Shown here: positions 52,677-64,000 of the stretch, piece by piece
Position numbering within the stretch: position 1 is the stretch's first letter
How the letters are laid out: every line of letters starts with the position of its first letter
The notes under the pieces: model-generated
What the model was told of the DNA's origin: nothing
The model's database searches: none
The model's input: only the letters and a program-made list of their open reading frames with translations
Program-made: the position numbers and the translations under genes
From: Camelus ferus
Lineage: Eukaryota
Reading direction: 5' to 3'
Assembly: GCF_009834535.1 (NCBI RefSeq)
Contig: NC_045696.1
Coordinates: 34,412,001-34,476,000 of the forward strand
DNA: 64,000 bases

Positions 52677-53777
52677 ATGGATGTCTTAAACTCATCTGAT
52701 CAAAACTTGACCTCTGAAGAACTGTTCAACAAAATGCCATCCAAAATCCTGGTGTCCCTCATTCTGTCCGGGCTAGCACTGATGACAACGACCATCAACT
52801 CCCTTGTGATCGCTGCCATTATCGTGACTCGAAAGCTACACCACCCCGCCAACTACTTAATTTGCTCCCTTGCAGTCACAGATTTTCTTGTAGCTGTCCT
52901 GGTGATGCCTTTCAGCATTGTGTACATCGTGAGAGAGAGCTGGGTTATGGGACAAGTGGTCTGTGACATTTGGCTAAGCGTTGACATCACGTGCTGCACA
53001 TGCTCCATCTTGCATCTCTCTGCTATAGCTCTGGATAGGTACCGGGCAATCACAGATGCTGTTGAGTATGCCAGGAAAAGGACTCCCAGGCATGCTGGCA
53101 TTATGATTACCATAGTTTGGATTATATCTATTTTTATCTCTATGCCTCCTCTGTTCTGGAGGCACCAAGGAACTAGCCGAGAGGATGAGTGCATCATCAA
53201 ACACGACCATATTGTTTCCACTATTTACTCAACGTTTGGAGCTTTCTACATCCCATTAACATTGATTTTGATCCTCTACTACAAAATATATAAAGCAGCA
53301 AAGATGTTATACCACAAGAGACAAGCAAGTAGGATTGCCAAGGAGGAACTGAATGGCCAAGTCCTTTTGGAGAGTAGTGAGAAAAGCACTAGACTGGTCT
53401 CCACACCGTACATGCTAGAGAAGTCTTTATCTGATCCATCAATGGACTTTGATAAAATTCACAGCACAGTGAAAAGTCCCGGGTCTGAATTGAAGCATCA
53501 GAAATCTTGGAGAAGACAAAAGATCTCAGGCACAAGAGAACGCAAAGCTGCCACTACCCTGGGATTAATCTTGGGTGCATTTGTAATATGTTGGCTTCCT
53601 TTTTTTGTAAAAGAATTGGTTGTTAATGTCTGTGAAAAGTGTAAAATTTCTGAAGAAATGTCAAATTTTTTGACATGGCTTGGATATCTCAATTCCCTTA
53701 TAAACCCACTGATTTATACAGTCTTTAATGAAGACTTCACAAAAGCATTCCAAAAACTTGTGCGATGTCGATGTTAG
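52677..53777 (+). CDS. HTR1F: 5-hydroxytryptamine (serotonin) receptor 1F, 366 aa class A GPCR, intact single coding exon
   Basis: Seven hydrophobic segments; N-terminal NSS/NLT sequons; TM3 Asp (WLSVDITCC), DRY, CWLPFF, NPLIY motifs; C-terminus KLVRCRC; same length as and near-identical to recalled human 5-HT1F. Confidence 0.99.
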   Translation: MDVLNSSDQNLTSEELFNKMPSKILVSLILSGLALMTTTINSLVIAAIIVTRKLHHPANYLICSLAVTDFLVAVLVMPFSIVYIVRESWVMGQVVCDIWLSVDITCCTCSILHLSAIALDRYRAITDAVEYARKRTPRHAGIMITIVWIISIFISMPPLFWRHQGTSREDECIIKHDHIVSTIYSTFGAFYIPLTLILILYYKIYKAAKMLYHKRQASRIAKEELNGQVLLESSEKSTRLVSTPYMLEKSLSDPSMDFDKIHSTVKSPGSELKHQKSWRRQKISGTRERKAATTLGLILGAFVICWLPFFVKELVVNVCEKCKISEEMSNFLTWLGYLNSLINPLIYTVFNEDFTKAFQKLVRCRC

Positions 53778-53872
53778 TTTAAAGAAAGTTTATTATGAAA
53801 AGGTTGGGGTTCTTTTGAGGTGAAGTAACTTAATGATTGCTAAATAACAAAACATCTAAAATTTTAGAAAGA

Positions 53873-53878
53873 AATAAA
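53873..53878 (+). terminator. Candidate proximal poly(A) signal of HTR1F
   Basis: First AATAAA after the stop; AT-rich context makes chance occurrence likely. Confidence 0.25.
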
Positions 53879-55174
53879 TTAAAGCTGCTAAAATGATAAT
53901 AATATAATTTATATTTTAATAGCAACATGCATATAAAATGTGTTGATTTAAAGACATCTTTGATCATCATTCTAGAGTATGTGAGATTAGAAAATAATTT
54001 ATTATTTATAAACAGTATTTTGCCTATGCAATGTCCCTAAAAAGCTCACTGGAAATACACACATATATATAAAATTAATGACAGTGATTTTCCAGTTTAT
54101 GTCTTAAAACAATTAGAGAAGAATTTTCAATTAACACGTACCTCCATCCACAATTTCTATATAATCCTATTGTTTTATTATGTGATTCTATTACTTTATA
54201 GAAAAGATATAATTCACCAAAAAGCACACATTTCTCCTACCTATTATCCACTCTCCATCATACCCTGGACAAAAGGGGAGGGGGGAAGAAGCTAAGAAAG
54301 ACTTAGTATGACCCGAGGAAATGTAAAAGTCAGAGGTTGATGTTGTCTTTGTATTTAGATAGTTAAGAGTAATCATAAAATGAGTTAGATACTGCAGAAT
54401 AATTCTGCCTACTGAACTTGTGCGTGTTTAACATTCTTTTTGTTTAAGATGAATTCCTAGAAGAATATTTTCTTACTCAGATATTATCAACATTTGAAGT
54501 CAAAGCCTTACCCTAGTAAAAATAACTCAGGGAGGGTCCAAGGGGAGGTGTTCTAACTTTGCCATGTTTAAGAATCAAATTTAGGGTACTAAGTACTCTA
54601 GGTTACTTGCCATAGATATTATATGCCTCTCTTTTTTTAAATATAAAATATATTTCATTTCCATTAATGTTAATAAGCTAACTCAAACATCTGTGGTACT
54701 TTGCACTTACACAGCTCCATACCTTCAATTTAAACGTTATTTCCCTTTTATTAGCGAGAATGTGATAGGAATTCTTAGAACTGTCTACTGACTTCAAAAA
54801 AATCTCTAGTTTTCCAATTGGTAAAAATGAACAGGCAAAGATTCATAATATACTAATTACATATATTGTATATTATATATGTATCTCCCAGTTAGTCACT
54901 CCACAAGTTCAGTGAGCCAAAGCAATTTCATAAGCTTATCTTCCATATTTTTATAGGGATTTGAAAACAAAAGAACAGTGCTTCTGAGATTTCATTTCAT
55001 TTGAGCCAGCAAGGTCATACACCACCTTTTAAGCCTACCATCAACCAAAATCATTTGAAAAACAATACATTCCCTTTTATTTTAAGTTGCTCCTTTGTGT
55101 GTATTCTAAATATTCTTTTCCGGTGACATAATTAAGAGTACATTACATCAATTTTTTAATGTATCAGTGACACA

Positions 55175-55960
55175 TTACTCTCAATCTAACAAATATTTAC
55201 AAAACTTTAATTTTATATAAAGCATTAAGATGTACTATATAGAAGATACAGGAAATAATAAAAACACTATTTCTTCCCTTAACACATTTACAATCTAAAA
55301 GGTGAAACAAAAGAAAAATGAACACTATAATAGAAAAGAAAAAAACAAAGATTGACATAGAAGTTGTTTACTTTGTTATGGTGATTTGAAGGAAACACTG
55401 ATCACATCTAACTGAGAAAAATCAGAAAAATTTTGTAAAGAATGTGTCTAAAATGGATATTAAATAAATAGCATTTGAATAAGAGATATGGAAGAACATG
55501 CTTCAGGTGGTGGCAACATAGAGATTTCAGACTGCATCCTGCAGTGTTTGGTGGGGCCTGATCATAAAATAGCATTTAGTCTGGCAGCTATTTAGAACAA
55601 TGGGAGAAGAGATTAAAAGATAAATTGACCATTATTGTGGCTGACTTTGACAGTCAGAAAAAGAAGTCTACAGTCAGTTTAGTTGCTATCTGTCAATGAG
55701 TGGTCACTGATGCTTTTTAGTAGAACTATAAGTTTTGTACAGTTCTAAAAAAAAATCTGAATGGATTCGAGCAGAGAGCGTACTGGACGTATTAACTTCT
55801 TGTTAGAAAGCAAATCATGAACCCAGGCAAGAGATGATAAAGTCCTGAACTTGATTCTGGCAATAGGACTTTAAAGGAAGAAACAGATGAGAGACAGTGT
55901 GGAGGCAGAATCTGCAGTTTATACCAACATGTTAATGTGCAGGCAGAAAGACAGAAAGAC
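55175..55960 (-). mobile_element. Degenerate L2 fragment
   Basis: 'ctcaatctaacaaatattta...ttacaatcta...cccaggcaagagatgataaagtcctgaact'. Confidence 0.6.
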
Positions 55961-58900
55961 GTGAGTCACTGATATAGCTTGTTCTCAACTGAAAAGAGGA
56001 ACTCAAGACAAGGGTTCTACTGGTGAAATGATTTCCATATAGGGTACGCTAAGCACATAGAGACACTACAGAGCTCAGAGGCACTACCTGGCAGTCTGGC
56101 CCAGGTGAAACTAACAAGTAGATGAAATTTATCTACGGCTCCTGCCGCCTCTTCTCTCTATTTCCCAGGGCTCCTGTGCTATGTTGACAGTCCAAAGCCT
56201 GCTTGAGACCCTATCATTTGCTGCTTATTTCCCTTCCCTCTTCTCACCAAAATTTGATTCTATGATTGATTCATTCAAAGGCCTTGCTAAAGTTAAAACA
56301 ACCTGTTAAATGAATTTATTTACACCCACCTCAAAAATGTGTATGTTCATACTGGAGAAGTCTAACAGTCACTGCCCATCAACCCAAAGGAACAAGTCTC
56401 AAGCAGGGTGAGGCTCATCCAAATACACATACTACCCTCTGCTCTGAGATGGGCTGAAGCTCAGATCTGGGAAGATAATACTGTGAGTGACAGGGAAGGC
56501 AAATGCTCCTTTAGAGCTCTGAGGAGAACCGAGTTTATCATTTGTGTATATGAAGCAGTTTTTTAATCCATGGGAGTCACAACACATTATAGTATCACTT
56601 CACCTACGTGTTTTCCCCACATGCTGAAGATACAGATCATGCCATTTCTTGTAAACTAGTATGAGTGATTTCTCTTTAATATCTTTAAATGGTAGGTGTA
56701 GGGACTAATAATCTGCAATTTGCACTTTTTAAGAAATTTATGAAGAACCAATTGCGTATAACATGATATGCTTCCCTGAATATATTTATTCTCTCAGTGA
56801 AAATTTTCCAAGTTACTAAAAGCTGCAGATTTCCACAGAAGAAAATATAATTTCACTTCTGTAACAAATATAACAATATAATAATGCATATATTTAACTG
56901 ATAAGGTAGAAGAAAATAATATAAATATCATAGAAAGTGGTTATTATATTGGATAATGAAGGTTAACTTCCTGCTACAGTTTTAAATATGCCCATACCAG
57001 AGAAGTAAGTGGAGGGTTTATTTTTGCTCTCTTCTTCTAAATGTTTTCAAATGAAGGATGTGTAAAGGGCAAGGACAAAACACCAAAGAAAGGAAGTCAA
57101 AACTGCTGAATACTCAATTCAGTCCAATACTCTTATCATTTGGCATAGCTATGTACAAACCATATTTGAAAAGCTACTTCTGTTTATTAAAGATGGTCTT
57201 TATTATAGATCTGGAATGAGAATAAGGATTGCCCACCTTGACTGTTTGTTTTGTTTCACAATAGACCCCAGGGTCAAGTCCATAGCATAAACAGTTTATC
57301 TAGGCACTGGCAGTTGATAGGTCAGTCCTTAAGTAGGACCAATTTCCATTTCAAATCTCCAAAACCTGTCTTCCTTTCCCTCTTCTGGTGAACTTGATTC
57401 ACCTCCAACCTCACCTCCACCCCCACCCCCACCCTGTGCTCTAGGGTACACAAGTTCCCTGCCTGCAGGTGAACGAAAGCTTCTTTTAGACCCACTTCCA
57501 AATTCTTCTATCATTTCCAGATTTTATAATTCCTTAGCAGAGCACAATCCTCATATTCTCAGGCTCAATCTTAAACTTGCCCTGTACGAAACTCTGTATC
57601 AAGAGTTTTGTGTCAAAAAGAAATGAAGAACTAATTAGAAGCCAGTTACAAGGAAATGCACTGACTTGCTCCACCAAACTTGTGAGAATGGGAGTGATTA
57701 TTTGCTTCCTGCTGCCATGATTTCCTCTACCTCAAGGAGTGAGCAGCTTCCTCATGAATTTATACAAGATTTTTTTTGACTTATAGTTAGGAAATCAGGT
57801 TTACTGTATTGCAGTAGAAAGAAAACTTGAAGGATTTTTCCTTAAACTATTCTAAAGTCCTTCAAAAATAACCCTGCTCAATTCAAAATGTGTCCACATT
57901 AAATTAATTTGTTTTGGAAAATGTGTTTTTAACATCCTCCTAATAAAGAAAATGATTATATTCAGACCTTTATTTTGCCAGAAAATGTTCCCATAGGCGA
58001 GCTAATACTTCTGTCATGAATAAAGTAATATTTTCTTATGGCATTGTGATCATTTTTCATGGCCTTGTGAATCAGTATGCTTTCTCTCATTATTTAAATG
58101 AGGAACCTGTTGAGAGAAATATTTTCCAACATTATAATAAATGTCTGGTTATTGATAAAGCATATCTTCTCTGCACAAAACATGATAGTGCTTGAAATCT
58201 ACCTAAGAAGGGTAAAAAATATTTCAAAAAATTTGCACTCCCTGATTAGGCCGGAAATCATAAAAATCTTGAGGGAATAAAATGTGTATTATTTTTATCA
58301 ACAATAAATCTTTTCAAACTAGCCCTTCAGTAGACTTTGTGTCTAGTCACAGTTCCAATTTCTACCATGGAGAGTTTCCACCCTTGCAAGAACAGTAAAA
58401 TGAACCTACTGGTTTATGTAGACACAGCAAAGCTTGCTATGTCTTTCTTCCTATGTTCTTCAATAACCTCTTCATTACATTATATTAATATTCCTAAAGT
58501 ATATGTAATTAATATTCATTCCTAAGAATTATACTTATTGTATCATTTTATTTCATATATTGCATTAAATACTACATAATTGCATTATATTGCTGGGTTT
58601 GCTGCCTTAGGGTTCCCCCACCCCAACTCTATTATGAAAATAAAATTTTACTCACCCCCCATCTCCCATACACACACCAACAAGGACAATTTCCCCATTG
58701 TGTTAGTTGGCCTGGCTTGGGTTTAAGTGGATCTGTGACCCTAATAGAGTGTGTGTGGGTGTGTGTGTGATTTTGTAGATGTTAAGAAAGACTGAACTAC
58801 AACAAAGAAATGATCTTAGCCTAGAACACTGTTGAACTTGAAGATGAAGAAAGAAGAGAGGGAGGGTTTCAGCAGGAAGAGGAATAATTCAAATTCAAGA

Positions 58901-61286
58901 TTTTCAAAACCAGTGTGCAGAAGTATGCCCTGAGAGGCTGCTCATTAAGGCAGATTCTAAAGACTTAAGTCTGTGAGTCCCCCAAGGAGCCCCAGAATCT
59001 GAGTTTTCATCAGGGTTTTCCAGTTATTCTAACAAAGGTGGAGCTTGGAGCTTTTCTAGAGACCATTGCTTGAAACCTCCCAGCTAGCTAGTTCAGTTTT
59101 TTGTAGGATATAGTTATAGTAACTGAAAATGAAATTTCACCACCATTGCCCTTACTGAGTTCCAGTCCGTATCCAGAAAACTACTTTGTCACTCTGTGAA
59201 CAGTGCCTAATGCAAAACAGAAGTAAAAAATCATATCAACATTGCTGAGTGGACTTTAAAGCACTCAGTTAAAAAAAAAAAGATTAAAATCTGTTCTCAA
59301 CAGGTATATTATTTAAATGTTGCTAGGATAAAGAATAAAAGCTTTTCATCACATACGAAACAGCAATTTAGAGGCGTCAAGAACTCTCTAGATTTGAAAT
59401 CAGAAAAGGCTAAAAGGGAGTGCTGATTCTGCTAATTATGGACTTCATGCTGAGCAAGTTCCATCTGTCCTGCTTGCCTCAGATTTGAGTTGAAAGACTG
59501 AGAAATATGGTGACATAAAGCAAACACCCTTGAAAAACACCAAAGGACTACAACATGTCAATTAGCATCGTTACTATTCTCTGCGGCAGGTCTGGAGTGA
59601 GTCAGAGCACACTTGCCGTGAAACCTGGTGTTCTGGAGTGCGCACTGTCTTCTTCTGAGTCTGGAGAGAAGAGAGGAATTGATGGCCTCGTGCTGCTGGC
59701 TCTCCTGTGAAGCTCTGTCCTTAGCAGAGTAATAACTCCGCACAACCCCATCGCAACGACAGAAATGCCGCCGGCTGGGCCTTCACCGGCCCCTTCCTAG
59801 CTGTATCCCTGTTACTAAAAGCCTGGCATTGTCAAAACTTCTTTAGCTTTCTTGCAGGATGCAATACAAGACTTCTACCCCATGAAAATCAAAACTGCAA
59901 TTATTCCAGCATTCCTTTCTCCTATTGATAACAGAGGTGATTTTCCGTATGTTTTAGGATTTGGGTTTTAGTTTCATCCTTTAAATACTAAAGGGGAAAC
60001 TTTTGTTAGAAATGAGAATTCTCAGTTGATGAAAACAAGACTGGAGGCCTAATTCTAGGCTCTCGAGTGTAAGAAAAAGCACTACTAATTTATGTAAAAA
60101 TATTTGAATTTAAAGAAACTACTCAGTAATAGCTTTCTGTTGCTTATTACATTTCCTGACTCCCTGGCTTGGCTTTTGGGGCCTTGATAATGATAATAAA
60201 ATAGACCACTCTGGAAGATCTTGTTTCCCACTATCCTCTCTAGCCCCAACAAATGCTGTCTTCCCCAGTCCCCTCCCTGTCCTCACTGTCCTCACAATGT
60301 GCCTTGCTTGTTTTTGTCTCAGTTGCTCTTTTAGCATTGTTTCTCCTCCCACCTGAAGTGCCCTCCACCTCCTTGATGTTTAAGCAACTTAGCCTTCAAA
60401 GCACAGATTAAATTCCACTTCCTCCTTGAAATTAAATTTGTATTCAGTTTCAATATTGTGAAGACACAACATTGTCTTCGATAATTCCTTATTTGTTTTG
60501 AATAGCACTAATTTCTTCATGAGCATTTGGTTTTTATACCAACTTAAAACAGTAAGTTACTTAAGGGGGTTGTTTATTTCTCTGTATTCCTTCCATACCT
60601 ATCTCAAAGATTTTTGAATATTGATCTCCTTCTCTAAGTGAGCCTGGTCCATTTCACTGTGTCTTAGTACCTAAAAATTGTTACAGTTGATTTATCTTTA
60701 TTCTTTAAATTCAATAAAAAACATACAAGTGGATTCTTGTCAAAAGGGAAATTGAGAAGTAATGTGTGTTTGGCTAGAAACAGAAAAGTAGTCCTTATTT
60801 TTCAGTGATTAGAGAATATCATACTGACAATGAAATACATGAAATTCACAGAACAGTAATTTTTTGGAAATATCTATGTATTATAATAACTTTGCTATTT
60901 GGTAATTTTACATCATAAACCATATAAGTACGATATAAAAATGCTTTAAATTGTCTATTTCTAAAGATAACACTTTAACTCTTATTCTAAAATCAGATAT
61001 AAATAAATACACTTGGTCATATTAAAACTCAGCTATTGGCTTCCATGAAATCACCCTTCTTCACATTTCCTCCCTGGACCTAGTTTGTGTGTGGGTGAAA
61101 AAAGGATAGCTTGTTAAAGTAAGATATATCTCTGCATTGAAGTAGAAAATGCAATATGTTCTTCAGCTCAAAAGGAACAGTTCTTACTTCCCGGGGAATT
61201 CTGGAAATCGCTCTGTATATTTTAAAAGCTGGAGAAACTTTTCTTAATAGTTTCACTTAGCTCGAGCATCTTAATAAAAGGTAATA

Positions 61287-61800
61287 ATTTTTTTTTTCAT
61301 ATGTACAGGTTTTTAAATTAAAAATGTGTTCTCTTTCGCTCGCTGAGGGCAGGGTGGGCAGGGCCGACCCCCAGGCCCCCTGGTCACTGCATCCTGCTCC
61401 CGGCCAGGCCAGTGGGTGTGGTCCGAGGCCCCCGCTGGACCGCTGCCCGAGCAGAGCAGGACTCCTTTGTTCCCCGAAAACACGAGTGTTGTCCCCTCTA
61501 TGTCTCAGCGCCCTGAGGGGCCAGCATGCTGCTGAGAGGCAGACTGGAAGGTGGATGAAGGAGCTGGGACGGGGCGGGGGGGCTGCTCCCGAGACCTCCA
61601 CCAGTGGAGCTCAGCCCAGGGTGGGCGGGGGAATAAATAAGGGGGAACGTGCACTCCTGACCCAGAGCCCCAGGCCCGTTGGCTCCCAGAGGCACAGCCC
61701 TGAGGACAGAAAGGGGACCCGAGTCCTTCTGGGAGTCACTTGGGCCCTGCGCAGAGCCAGCCTGCAGCCCCTCCATAGGGACCCATACTCACCTCAGCAT
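61287..61800 (-). other. GC-rich insert with poly(A) on minus strand; possible retrocopied 3'UTR of an unidentified gene
   Basis: Abrupt GC/CpG-rich block preceded on + by a T run (61287-61297). Confidence 0.4.
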
Positions 61801-63581
61801 CCTATAGGATTATGGTACAAGCACTCTTAGGCTGACCTAACACAGAAACTCTTTGAAACTGCCCAACCCTGCAGCAAGCAACTGAGAGTCTCTCCAACAT
61901 TGGGGAACACAGTGTGCTAACTCGACTCAATCCCCCTCGTTCTCCAAGGGTCCTGTCATGATTGTCTCTTCACCCACAAACTTGGGTTCTAGTTACGTAC
62001 TCCTAAAAGAGGGGATAGACGGTGAATTGCAAGTTTATATTTTTATCTATTATGTTTTCATTTTTGTGGATGTTTCAAAGTATAAAATCTGAACCCAGCA
62101 ATGACTTTTTCTTTTAAGCTTGATTTTCTTTTCTGTTATATTTTCCTATTAATCCAAATATTTAAATATTAGCTATTCCTCTTGCCATACTGATACAAAA
62201 ATGACTCCTATTATAAACGCATGCATGCTTTAGGAATATTCTGTTCTTTCCCCTGTTCTTATATGTCATAAGCAAAACGTTTGGAAGCTCAAGTTGGGTA
62301 ACTGACTTCTTATATTGTATTTTCCATTGAGTAATCAATGAGCTAGAGTTTTATATGTACACTATTAAACCTGAGCCAAAACTTTAAATGTATTTGCTTT
62401 CTGAACATCTTCCCATTGATGGAAAATAATATATAGTGGTTATTATCTTTAGTTAAAAAAAAAAAGACATGAAAAACCACAAGTTTCTTTAAACAATTTT
62501 AATAGCAATTGTCCATACTATAGAAAATATTCAAACATGAATTTTAATACTCCATGAAATATGAAAGTCTACTCAGTTTGTTGCTATTAAAAGGGTAATA
62601 AAAATAAATGTATGCTGGAATTTGATGTTGGTTAGCCCCAAAACACAATAAAATGTGAAATAAACCATATTCTTCAAATAATGAATGTTGGCTTTCACTT
62701 GATCATTTCAAACTATTCGATAGCATTCTATTTAAAAACAACAAAGGAAGAATAAAAATATGAAGCAGACATGAATTTTAAGTGTCCAAGTGTCTTTCCA
62801 TAGTGTTTGTGGATGCCCAAGTCTCCCTATGTGACAATATAACCTACAGTAACTTCTCTTCTGGTTCTTCAGTTCACTCAAAGAATTTACAAAGAATTTA
62901 AACTTTATGTAGAACAAGAACGATTCCTTTTATTTTTCTGAATTAAAAAAAAAACAGTAAAAGGTAGTTACTGAAATACTGTTACTAAGTAATGTTCAAG
63001 TGCAAATGGAAAAGAAGGGTGGGATTTTCTTCATCCCTGCATTATGTTTTGAGTTCCAGTCTTTTAAGAACAGTTTTGAGTGTAATCCTGCTGAATTACG
63101 TGTTAGATTTTGAGAAACCACTTCTTTCAACTTTTCCCTCTCAAAATAAATCTGGATAGAGACGAATTGAAAAGAATGTTGGCCCTTAAAGTGGACAAGA
63201 AGAAAAGGTTATAGTGCCAGTTAAATAAAACATATTTGCACATATTCCATAGAGAAAGATACATATTCATTAGTTACTAAGGGAACTACATTAGAAGGAA
63301 ACAACAGAGAAATAGAAACAAACATTTGCATCTATTCCCAAATGTTTGTGAATAGGTAATCATACTTCCTTGAGAGATGTAAGTTTGGTTGGTTTTATTT
63401 GGTTCTTTGTTTCTCCTCCTCCTCCCCTCTCTCCTTTCCCTCGGTCTGTTGCTTATAGATCAATTTAGTATACACAGCTGCGTTTTAGATAGCGGAGCTT
63501 TCGAAAGTTTCTACAACTTGCTTGCTGCGGTGTTAAATGGCACCTGGAGCCACCTGTGCAAAGAGGCGCCCACAGCCACAC

Positions 63582-63595
63582 CTGCCCCCTAGCGT
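63582..63595 (-). promoter_or_regulatory. Candidate CTCF site
   Basis: Reverse strand ACGCTAGGGGGCAG is a 13/14 match to CCRSYAGRKGGCRS, within a CpG-retaining patch. Confidence 0.55.
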
Positions 63596-64000
63596 TCGCT
63601 TTAGGAGTTGGCCTCCTTCAGAGAAGATCGCGGGCTTGGAGTCTGGAGCTTGCGCAGTCACAGGAGCCCCGAGAGTGCCCTTGAGTACCCTGACCTCTGC
63701 GCTCTGCGCCCGCCGCTGGGTTCTGGCAGAACTAATTTGACTGTATAAAGACCAGAAAGACCGGCAGTTTTCTTCAACTACTCAGCTTACTGGTAATGAT
63801 TTTGCCACTCGGTGGATCTCCTTGTTGGGTCTTTAGAGCAAACTGTTTTGTACTTTTGTCAGCCTAACTCAGCTAAGTTTAACTTTGTGATACCGACACA
63901 ACTGGAATACCTCGTTTGCCTGTTTGAAGATACAGGTGCTCAAATCACGTCTTGACACTGGTCTTAAAAGAGAATAGAATTTTCCAATTGACCCCCCCCC

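Noticed and set aside
52853..53692. Minus-strand ORFs overlapping HTR1F
   Set aside because: Typical antisense shadows of a coding exon with no independent support.
61257..61830. ORFs of 92-168 aa in the GC-rich block
   Set aside because: Expected from stop-codon scarcity in GC-rich DNA; no recognisable protein.
1..64000. A novel multi-gene system, CRISPR array or intact autonomous mobile element
   Set aside because: Only one intact CDS is present; the remaining ORFs are short or repeat-derived, and no repeat-spacer array or intact RT, integrase or transposase was seen.

Overview
AT-rich, repeat-dense mammalian genomic DNA, most likely camelid judging by two tRNA-Ala-derived vic-1-like SINEs. 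There is one intact protein-coding exon: the single-exon CDS of the serotonin receptor HTR1F (52677-53777, +), preceded by a splice acceptor, so much of the upstream 52 kb is probably 5'-UTR intron or flank. That region holds an antisense, tail-less processed pseudogene of BNIP3L/NIX with a target-site duplication (TSD). It also holds an ORF2-less (half-L1-like) LINE-1, three ERV solo LTRs, nested L1 fragments and many ancient MIR/L2/MER5/MLT relics. Two stretches look like unidentified retrocopies (61287-61800, and 440-1480 plus 3435-3910). The receptor has Thr rather than the human Ala at the pharmacologically important position 7.39. I found no convincing novel multi-gene system. Repeat family names are from recalled consensus sequences and need RepeatMasker/Dfam confirmation.
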